A stretch of 56,940 nt of DNA, taken from assembly GCA_013202715.1 (NCBI GenBank), contig JABMRF010000053.1:1-56940 (forward strand). The letters are read 5' to 3'. The notes beneath the pieces were generated by a model. The model saw nothing but the letters and a program-made list of their open reading frames with translations, did not search any database and had not been told where the DNA came from. Position numbers and translations under genes: made by a program. This DNA comes from Candidatus Kuenenbacteria bacterium (lineage in GTDB: Bacteria > Patescibacteriota > Patescibacteriia > UBA11705 > JABHMO01). Positions 49,466-56,940 of this stretch are shown here, in pieces. Positions within the stretch are counted from its first letter, which is position 1; every line of letters starts with the position of its first letter.

Positions 49466-50641
49466 TTACTCTTTGTCAATCCTGCTTTGATTAATATTTT
49501 GCAAAAGTTTTTGTGCGGTCAATTCCCAATTAAACTTTTGTGCTTGTTCAATTCCTTTATTCTGATAATAATTTTTAATCTCCGGTTTTATCATTTGTCT
49601 CATTACTTGAAGTAAATCGTTTGAATTGTGGGCGTCAATCAAAATAGCTGCATCTTCGCAAACTTCTGAAAGTGAAGAATTGTTTGTTGTAATGACTGGG
49701 CAGCCAGAGGCCATAGCTTCGAGCGGTGGAAAACCAAACCCTTCGTAAAAAGACGGATAAATAAACATGGAAGCTAGATTGTAAAGAAGGCATTTGTCCT
49801 TGGCTTCTACAAACCCTGTCCAGATAATTTGCTTGTCTCGCTCGTCTTGCTTGTCTCGCTTGTCTTGCTTTCCCCATCCTTGTGGTCCGGTAATGACCAG
49901 TGAATATTCCGGCTTAACTTTGTTAAATTCCTTGAACGCGTCAACGAGTGTATCTAAGTTTTTGCGTGGCTCGATTGTACTTAGCGCCAAAATAAACTTT
50001 TGCGGTAGATTGTGTTTTTGTCTGAATATTTTTATTCGTTTTGTATTTGGAATTGATTCCGGACCAAATCCGTCTCCGAGTGGCTTGAAATCTTTTGAAA
50101 TACCTGAATAGACCGTAGAACAATTGACATTTGACAATTGATATCTGACATCTAAGTCCAGTTTTGTGTTTTTTGAAACGGAAATAACTTTTTCTGCATT
50201 TTGAAAGCATTTTTTAGGATTAATGAATTTGTGCCACAGTTTTCTCTTTAGTGAAAGGAATTCCGGGAACAACTCAAAGCTCAAGTCATGTGCTGTAATA
50301 AGATATGGGCATTCAGTTTGAAAAAAGGAGATATTTGGGAAGAAAAATTTGTCAATTTTTGTTTTGAATCGTTTGTTGATCAGTAAATCAAGTTTTGGGT
50401 ATTTAAAAAACTTCAAACTTAAGTTTAAAATTTTGTTGGGGTATTTAAATTGGCAATAATGAACATTTGGCTGATTAAACTTGGGAATTCTTTGCGCGAC
50501 ATCTTTGCGGCTATTAAAAAAAAGATAGTAATTGTTTGTACTATCGATCTCGAAGAGGTGAGTGAGCAAATTAAATGTGTATTCGCCAACGCCGGTGAGA
50601 TTTTTTTCCATTAGACAGCGAATGTCAACAGCAATGTTCAT
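49466..50641 (-). CDS. Glycosyltransferase family 4
   Basis: MNIAVDIR, STIEPRKN, YEGFGFPPLEAMASG. Confidence 0.93.
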   Translation of the reverse strand: MNIAVDIRCLMEKNLTGVGEYTFNLLTHLFEIDSTNNYYLFFNSRKDVAQRIPKFNQPNVHYCQFKYPNKILNLSLKFFKYPKLDLLINKRFKTKIDKFFFPNISFFQTECPYLITAHDLSFELFPEFLSLKRKLWHKFINPKKCFQNAEKVISVSKNTKLDLDVRYQLSNVNCSTVYSGISKDFKPLGDGFGPESIPNTKRIKIFRQKHNLPQKFILALSTIEPRKNLDTLVDAFKEFNKVKPEYSLVITGPQGWGKQDKRDKQDERDKQIIWTGFVEAKDKCLLYNLASMFIYPSFYEGFGFPPLEAMASGCPVITTNNSSLSEVCEDAAILIDAHNSNDLLQVMRQMIKPEIKNYYQNKGIEQAQKFNWELTAQKLLQNINQSRIDKE

Positions 50642-50773
50642 AATATTTTAAATGCAAAATGCAAAAATCAAAACCACATACTTAAATAGAAAATTGAAAA
50701 ACTTTTGGGTTCAGTTTTGTAATTGTAATCTGATTATTATTTTTTTTGAATTTTTATTGTGGTTTTACATTTT

Positions 50774-51868
50774 TCATTTTGCATTCTGCATTCCTTGAAC
50801 AATAAACTCCTTGATTTTCCTTTTGAAAACTTCCACATCAAACTGAAGAGCGTGTTCTCGTATTTCTTCTGGATTGTAATCACTGGATTTGAACCGCAAA
50901 ATTTTGTCAGCTAGATCGGCCCAGGTTTGTTCTTCGAAAAGGGTACCAGTCTTTCCTTCAATAACCGTTTCCATTGCGCCACCAGCTCGGAGAGCAATAA
51001 CAGGCCGGCCGGAAGCCATCGCTTCAACTGCTGTTATTCCAAAGTCTTCAAGTTGGGGATTTAAATAAGCCAAACAGTTGCTATAAAGATCAATTTTTTT
51101 CTGTTCAGAAACTTTGCCCAGGAATTCAATGTTGTCTTTGGCCATTTCCTTGAGTTTTTTGAATTGCGGACCGTCGCCAAAGATTTTCAAGGGCATATTT
51201 AACCGGTTAAAAGCATTTACCAGCAAGTCAAACTTTTTGTAGCCAACCATTCGGCCACCGGCCAAAAAGTAATTGCCGGGGTTATGGGAAATCTTGAATT
51301 TATGCGTATCAACTGGCGGATAAATAACGGTGCTATTTCGATTGTAGTATTTTTTGATGCGTTTCTGAACTTCAAATGAATTAGCAATAAAATGATCGAC
51401 CCGATCTGCGGCGATTTTGTCCCACTGTCTCAATCTGGTTAGAGCGATTGGGAGGAGGCGCTTGATTATGAAATTCTGATTTAGATCTTGCAGATAATTA
51501 TGGGTATTGGTCCACAAAAAGCGAGGTGGAGTGTGGCAATAGCAGATGTGGGTCGAATTCGGACCGGGAATTATTCCTTTGGAAAAAATTGAAGAGCTGG
51601 AAAGAATTAATTTGTAATCATTAACTCGGTGATGTTCTGTTGCGGCCGGCATTAGATTCAGATACCATTGATATTTGGAAACGCCCAGTGGAAGGTTTTG
51701 GATGAAGGAAGTTTGGATGTTTTTGTCATTATAATATGGATCGACATTTTTCTTGTCATGAACCAACGTAAAAAGAGGACTTTCCGGAAAAATCTCCATA
51801 AAAGCCTTGGCTACCTGTTCTGCCCCGCCGTCTTGGGCGAGGTGATCGTGGACTAATGCGACGTTCAT
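50774..51868 (-). CDS. Glycosyltransferase family 4 (WbaZ-like)
   Basis: VALVHDHL...GGAE, YCHTPPR, EDFGITAVEAMASG. Confidence 0.93.
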   Translation of the reverse strand: MNVALVHDHLAQDGGAEQVAKAFMEIFPESPLFTLVHDKKNVDPYYNDKNIQTSFIQNLPLGVSKYQWYLNLMPAATEHHRVNDYKLILSSSSIFSKGIIPGPNSTHICYCHTPPRFLWTNTHNYLQDLNQNFIIKRLLPIALTRLRQWDKIAADRVDHFIANSFEVQKRIKKYYNRNSTVIYPPVDTHKFKISHNPGNYFLAGGRMVGYKKFDLLVNAFNRLNMPLKIFGDGPQFKKLKEMAKDNIEFLGKVSEQKKIDLYSNCLAYLNPQLEDFGITAVEAMASGRPVIALRAGGAMETVIEGKTGTLFEEQTWADLADKILRFKSSDYNPEEIREHALQFDVEVFKRKIKEFIVQGMQNAK

Positions 51869-52146
51869 ATTTTATTGGTTTGAACCTGTTATTTTGGTGA
51901 AACACGGTTTTAAGAGCAAGGATCAAAGATCAAGGAGCAAAGTAAGCTTAAAGGTCAAAGCATAAGGATTAAAGAAAAAGTTATTCTCTTTATGCTTTTA
52001 TCTTTACTCTTTTGTCTTTCTTTGCCCTTTGACCTTTGCTCTTTGCCCCTTATCATCACTATCTTACCAGACTTTCACGAAAATTCAAAAAAGTTATCCC
52101 AAACAAAAAAACTGCTCCCTATATGGAGCAGCTCTATCATCTTTAT

Positions 52147-53580
52147 CTAAACTCTCGATTTTCTAATGAGGACCACAAAAGGCGTTTTGAGCATGATCCA
52201 GAAATCAAGTTTTAGCGACCAATTTTCTATATAATAGGTATCAAGTTTAACTTCTTCATTGAAATCAAGGTCACTCCTACCTGAAATTTGTGCCAATCCG
52301 CTGATCCCCGGTTTGATGTCCAGAACGCGCTTATGGTGTTTTTCGTATTTAGCAACTTCACGTGGCTGATGAGGTCTTGGTCCCACTAAACTCATGTTGC
52401 CGATCCAGACGTTGAAGAGTTGTGGAAGTTCATCAAGAGAAGTTTTTTCCATGAACCGACCGATTTTTGTCCTTCGTGGATCATTAAGAATTTTGTAAAC
52501 AGGACCTTTTCTCTCTGATTGTTTGTCCGTCAATTTTTTCTCATATGCCAACACCGCTTCCTGGTCAGTATATTTTGTGAACTGTTTGCCGGTGCAGTAT
52601 CTTGTGTACATTGATCGAAATTTGTAAACGTTAAATGTGCCTTTGCGATTAACTCTCTCGTTTTTGTAAATAGCCGGGCCCGAGTCTTCTATTTTAATTA
52701 AAACAGTAGCGATAATCAAAAGCGGGCTGAATATTATAATTAAAAAAGTGCTGAAAATGAAATCAATCAGTCTTTTTATAATTTTCCCCCAGCCATCAAG
52801 TTTTGTTTTTCTGACTTCTATCAGAGGCACGCCAGCAATCATGTGAACTTCAACGTTTGTGGTTCGAGCTTCAAACTGGCCGGCGGCGTATTTGAAAATA
52901 ATGTTATGTTCTGCGCAAAAGTCTGCCAGAGACACCGAATGTATTCGGGATAACCCGGAATCGGTTTGAACAATCTCATCAATCCCTTTTCTTTTCTTTA
53001 GTTTAAGTAGTTCCTGCTTGTCAGCTTCGTCAAATTCTTCAATTCTGGCAATTATTTTATAACCAAGTTGCGGTTGGTTTTTGAAAGCGTAAATAATTTC
53101 TTCTGTGTTTTTGTTTTTTCCAACAACAACAATGTTGTGACAGCCCCAACCTTTTCGTAGAGTGTGATTTTGAATTTTCCTAACAATACTGCGGATTATC
53201 ATTATCAAAATAATGCTAAGTACCCAGGCCGTTAAAACAATAAAACGCGAAGAAAAATATTCGCGTACAAAAAACATGTAGATAATGACGGCAGTCATGC
53301 CGGTGGAGCAGGCCAGAATAATTTTTGCCAGCTCATCAGTAATTTTTCTACGGGTAAATGAATAAAGTCCGGCGGCAGCAAAAAAGAAAAGCCAGAAAAA
53401 TGAGACAGTTAAAACAAAAATAAAATACCGTTCAAAAGGTAAATCAAAAATAACTGGCCGGATTTCCTGAACTGAACTTTCATAACGAACAAAATAAGCC
53501 AACAGGCCGGCAATAACCAGAGTTAAAAAATCAATTGGAATTTTTAGAAAGGTAAAAAATAGTTCGGCGTTCTTCTTCAT
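52147..53580 (-). CDS. Polyprenyl-phosphate sugar phosphotransferase (WcaJ/WbaP-like)
   Basis: KRLID, YKFRSM, SLDELPQLFNV..GNMSLVGPRP, KPGISGLAQISGR. Confidence 0.95.
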   Translation of the reverse strand: MKKNAELFFTFLKIPIDFLTLVIAGLLAYFVRYESSVQEIRPVIFDLPFERYFIFVLTVSFFWLFFFAAAGLYSFTRRKITDELAKIILACSTGMTAVIIYMFFVREYFSSRFIVLTAWVLSIILIMIIRSIVRKIQNHTLRKGWGCHNIVVVGKNKNTEEIIYAFKNQPQLGYKIIARIEEFDEADKQELLKLKKRKGIDEIVQTDSGLSRIHSVSLADFCAEHNIIFKYAAGQFEARTTNVEVHMIAGVPLIEVRKTKLDGWGKIIKRLIDFIFSTFLIIIFSPLLIIATVLIKIEDSGPAIYKNERVNRKGTFNVYKFRSMYTRYCTGKQFTKYTDQEAVLAYEKKLTDKQSERKGPVYKILNDPRRTKIGRFMEKTSLDELPQLFNVWIGNMSLVGPRPHQPREVAKYEKHHKRVLDIKPGISGLAQISGRSDLDFNEEVKLDTYYIENWSLKLDFWIMLKTPFVVLIRKSRV

Positions 53581-53652
53581 AAATGAGTACTGATTATACT
53601 GATATACTGATTTGTTTTATTTACCTTTTCATTGTAGCAATAAGAAAAAGCC

Positions 53653-53681
53653 TTGACAAGGATGGATTTGTTTGCTATAAT
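53653..53681 (+). promoter_or_regulatory. rnpB promoter
   Basis: TTGACA-17-TATAAT. Confidence 0.8.
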
Positions 53682-53687
53682 TAATTC

Positions 53688-54003
53688 GTCCTAAACAAGC
53701 AGAACTGTCGCTGGTCTTAATTTATTGAGACTGGAGGAAAGTCCGGACACTCAGTTGTTTGATTAACATGGGTAGAGGGTAATTCCCTTCAACCGTGAGG
53801 TAGAGTTGCGAGCAGAGACGCCGTGGAAAGCAATTTCCCGGAACCCTTCGGGGTTAGTCCTGGTGGAAACATTAGGGGTGAAACGGCTAAATACTTACCT
53901 GAGTGCAAGCCCAAGTTTGGTAGGGTGCTTGAGCCTTGAAGTAATTCAGGGCCCAGATAGATGACAGTTAAAACAGAATCCGGCTTACTCGTTTGTTTAG
54001 GAC
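53688..54003 (+). ncRNA. rnpB: RNase P RNA
   Basis: GAGGAAAGTCCGG and AACAGAATCCGGCTTA (P4), terminal stem GTCCTAAACAA/TTGTTTAGGAC. Confidence 0.95.
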
Positions 54004-54148
54004 CTTATAAAAGATAGATCCATTTGGAGCTATTTTTTATTTATTCTAATTTTTGTGAATGCTTTAGTTGACAGTGGTGCTACCCTTTGCTATTATCTGA
54101 ATTATGTTTTTAATTGTTCTTTTTAGTAAAATAAACGGAGGGAAATAA

Positions 54149-54538
54149 ATGGTAGGTTGGCATCTGAACAGAAAAACATTGGAGGTGCGACCGGTCGCTA
54201 AAATTGTTAGTAGAGACGAAAGGATGATAGTGTTGTTTTATGAAGAAACAAAGTCACATCACTTTGTCTTCACTCAACCAGAATCCATCAAACGAGCAGA
54301 TTTTTTTGGCGCAATTATTTTTGTCTTGGAAGAAGTAGAATCGCCTGTCCATTGGTATGTTGATAGAAAAAATCTTTCTGTGAGACCTGTATACCAAAAA
54401 GGGTTGGTGCGTCAGCGCGGAACTACAAAGTATTCTTTTTCTGAAGGTGTTCCTTCCGTATTGCAAGATGATTTTTTGTTTGATTCTTTTGTTTTAGCGT
54501 ATTACAAGCTGCAAAATATAGTGATGAACTTGGAATAA
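54149..54538 (+). CDS. Hypothetical protein with internal duplication
   Basis: WHLNRKTLEVRPV vs WYVDRKNLSVRPV; GGAGG SD. Confidence 0.75.
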   Translation: MVGWHLNRKTLEVRPVAKIVSRDERMIVLFYEETKSHHFVFTQPESIKRADFFGAIIFVLEEVESPVHWYVDRKNLSVRPVYQKGLVRQRGTTKYSFSEGVPSVLQDDFLFDSFVLAYYKLQNIVMNLE

Positions 54539-54650
54539 TAGAAAATCATTGGCAGTCCGCGCGTGGGCTGCTTTTTTTTTATTCTTGACAATCGTCACCT
54601 ATTTTGATAACATTAGTCAGTGATAGTTCTTATATAATTTGACAGAGTAA

Positions 54651-54690
54651 GCCCTTCTTCTCTCTATTGAGCTACGAAGGGCGCAGGAGG
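54651..54690 (+). promoter_or_regulatory. Leader hairpin motif, copy 2
   Basis: GCCCTTCTTCtCTCTattGAGCTaCGAAGGGCgCAGGAGG. Confidence 0.5.
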
Positions 54691-54696
54691 AATGAA

Positions 54697-55116
54697 ATGG
54701 CATTAATCAAGTGCGGGAAATTTGATTTTCGGAGCAAGCCTGAGTTTTCCTGGGCAAGTAACTGGCGGGAATTGCGTGCCGGTAATCTTCGCGGAGTTAT
54801 GAAGGCGCGTTGGGATGAAGAAGAATGGGTTACTTGTGGTGCATTACTTGAATCATACATAAAAGATCCGCCGGAAGAAAAAATATATCTTGGATTTCAG
54901 ACTTTTCACGGGATGAGAGTTATTGGTTTCTTGGTTGATTGGGCAAAATGCAAGATAATAAAACCAGGCGAGATTCTTGTCCTTTATACAAAAAGTGGAG
55001 CAGGTACCGCTTTGGTCTGGGCTCCGCACAGCGTATATTCAAGAGGTATTAAAATTCCAATCGCGGAAGCGAAAGGGATAAATGAACTGATCATTGCCGC
55101 TGCATCTGTCGGATAA
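54697..55116 (+). CDS. Hypothetical protein
   Basis: AGGAGG SD before ATG 54697; terminator follows. Confidence 0.7.
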   Translation: MALIKCGKFDFRSKPEFSWASNWRELRAGNLRGVMKARWDEEEWVTCGALLESYIKDPPEEKIYLGFQTFHGMRVIGFLVDWAKCKIIKPGEILVLYTKSGAGTALVWAPHSVYSRGIKIPIAEAKGINELIIAAASVG

Positions 55117-55337
55117 AACAGAGCTCCCCCCCGTCCCTCGATAATATTCGAGACGGGGGTTTTTTATTGGGTGTGGGGATTTGGGTTGCGATCCGTCTTT
55201 TGGGCCGCAGCTTCGCCTGGCCGTTAAACGGTCCAGGGCAAGCCCCACTCGACAATAATGTTAGTTTGCCATGGTAAAGGTTGAGGACTATGTTCGAAAA
55301 AAAAAGCCCCCGCATGGCGGGGGTGTGAATGTTTGGT

Positions 55338-55748
55338 TTAATCTTCTAAAGTGGGTTCTGCTTGATATTGAGTACGATTACTATCAGCAAACATGACTGC
55401 GGCCATAACGAACAGAGGTACAAAGTAGGCCCAGTGGTGGGCTACAGCGAGAAGTTCGAAAAGGAAAAAGAGAAAGAGTACGTACATGCTAATAGCCACT
55501 ATGTATATTCGCATTCTTTTTAACATCGAATCCAGAGTTTCAGTTTGAATGAAATAAAAATCAATGAACATTCCGAGAGCGGTGAGTCCGAGTGGAGCCA
55601 TGAGTAGATAAAAGGTGACAGTCTTATTAACAATGACTGGCCGTGAGTTGTAAATTATCAAACAAACATCCAACATAAAAAAAGAAGAGCAAATTAAAAG
55701 AATTGTCCAAAAGGTGAGACGTTTCAGTTCTTTTTTGTTTTCGGTCAT
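55338..55748 (-). CDS. Hypothetical four-TM membrane protein
   Basis: Hydrophobic ORF directly downstream of trpS. Confidence 0.7.
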   Translation of the reverse strand: MTENKKELKRLTFWTILLICSSFFMLDVCLIIYNSRPVIVNKTVTFYLLMAPLGLTALGMFIDFYFIQTETLDSMLKRMRIYIVAISMYVLFLFFLFELLAVAHHWAYFVPLFVMAAVMFADSNRTQYQAEPTLED

Positions 55749-55757
55749 GTGTTCCCC

Positions 55758-56735
55758 CTATAGCCCAATTGTTTTCTTCACCTGTTCCATTTTTTTAACT
55801 GCCAATTTTTTGGCCCTTTTCGCGCCATCTTGTAATATAGCATCAATTTCCTTATCTGAAATAGAATTGAATTTTTTCTGAATTGGCTCTACAAATTCGA
55901 CCAGTCGATCAGCAAGATCCTTTTTGAAATCGCCATATCCCTTGCCGGCAAACTTGGCTTCGATTTCATTGACTTCAAGTCCGGTTAGCAAATGGTAAAT
56001 TGTAATTAGATTGGCAATGGCTGGACGTTTTTTGGGATCAAATTTGATGTCTGAGCCGGAATCTGTAACTGCTTTCATGATCTTTTTTCGAATTAGAGAC
56101 GGATCATCTGTGAGAGCAATATAATTGTATTCTGAAGGTGCTGATTTGCTCATCTTTTTTTCAGGATTATCTAGCGCTTTTATGCGTGCAGAAACCTTTT
56201 TTATTTTTCCTTCAGGCAAAACTAAAACATTACCATACAGATTATTAAATTTTTTGGCTATTGTTCTGGTCAGCTCGACGTGTTGCATTTGATCTTCGCC
56301 GACTGGTACGTAGTTTGTATCGTAAAGAAGAATGTCGGCAGACATTAAACATGGATAGGTGAAAAGGCCAGCATTCACATTTTGTTTGTGTTGATCTGAC
56401 TTGTCTTTGTACTGTGTCATGCGCTCGAGCTCAGCAATGGGCGTCACGCAATTCAAGATCCAGCCCAGCTCAACATGCTCCATCACATCTGACTGCCGGA
56501 AGATAATATTTTTCTTTGGATCTAAACCGCTGGCAATATAGATCTTTGCCAGATCGTAAATGTTTTTGTTTAATTTCTTGGGATCTTGATAGACAGTCAG
56601 CGCGTGCAGATCGACAATTGAAAAAATGGAATCGTATTCATCCTGTAATTGTAGCCAATTATAAATAGCTCCGAAATAGTTGCCGAGGTGAATGATTCCT
56701 GTTGGTTGAATACCACTAAAAATGCGTTTTGACAT
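55758..56735 (-). CDS. trpS: Tryptophan--tRNA ligase
   Basis: SGIQPTG..HLGNY, VPVGEDQ.QH.EL, KMSKS. Confidence 0.98.
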   Translation of the reverse strand: MSKRIFSGIQPTGIIHLGNYFGAIYNWLQLQDEYDSIFSIVDLHALTVYQDPKKLNKNIYDLAKIYIASGLDPKKNIIFRQSDVMEHVELGWILNCVTPIAELERMTQYKDKSDQHKQNVNAGLFTYPCLMSADILLYDTNYVPVGEDQMQHVELTRTIAKKFNNLYGNVLVLPEGKIKKVSARIKALDNPEKKMSKSAPSEYNYIALTDDPSLIRKKIMKAVTDSGSDIKFDPKKRPAIANLITIYHLLTGLEVNEIEAKFAGKGYGDFKKDLADRLVEFVEPIQKKFNSISDKEIDAILQDGAKRAKKLAVKKMEQVKKTIGL

Positions 56736-56749
56736 AAGGTTGTTTATAA

Positions 56750-56847
56750 TAATACCTGATCTACTGATCTTCTACTTGATCTACTGATAATCCCTAACAT
56801 GTTAGTTAATCATGTGGATCAGTAGCAAATCACGTAGATCATGTATT
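56750..56847. repeat. TAC(N)TGAT-unit imperfect palindrome, family copy
   Basis: Arms match 35951-36045. Confidence 0.8.
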
Positions 56848-56940
56848 GATAAGATAGTACATAGACACGTTACTATAGTTTTTATTATAGCAAAAGTGGC
56901 AATAATAATCAAAAACCCCCACCTCGGTCAAACCAGGGCG

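Overview
Chromosomal segment of a low-GC bacterium. Gene content suggests Patescibacteria/CPR (inference: leuS with a NUDIX insert, stand-alone SWIB protein, four TrmB paralogues, DUF4012 protein, SD-less core genes). Core genes are rpoB (partial), rpoC, ftsH, infB, trxA/trxB, gdhA, rnhB, leuS, trpS, rnpB and four tRNAs, interleaved with small accessory cassettes that carry their own promoter, SD and terminator. The most striking unannotated signal follows ftsH (8220-8486): a promoter-driven array of four stem-loop units, each with a symmetric internal loop holding two different 9-nt segments in a conserved ACGA-N9-TGT frame. This resembles a TIGR/bridge-RNA-type dual-guide array, but no recognisable Tas/IS110 effector lies in the window. 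It is followed by a 6S-like rod RNA. Other notable items: a three-gene radical SAM operon (first gene with an in-frame TAG) bracketed by two REPIN-like repeats together with a dead RAYT transposase; a ~290-nt structured spacer inside the tRNA operon; a leader hairpin shared by two unrelated genes; an ArfA/BrfA-like small protein; and several families of short-period palindromic repeats. All calls are by eye; no searches were run.
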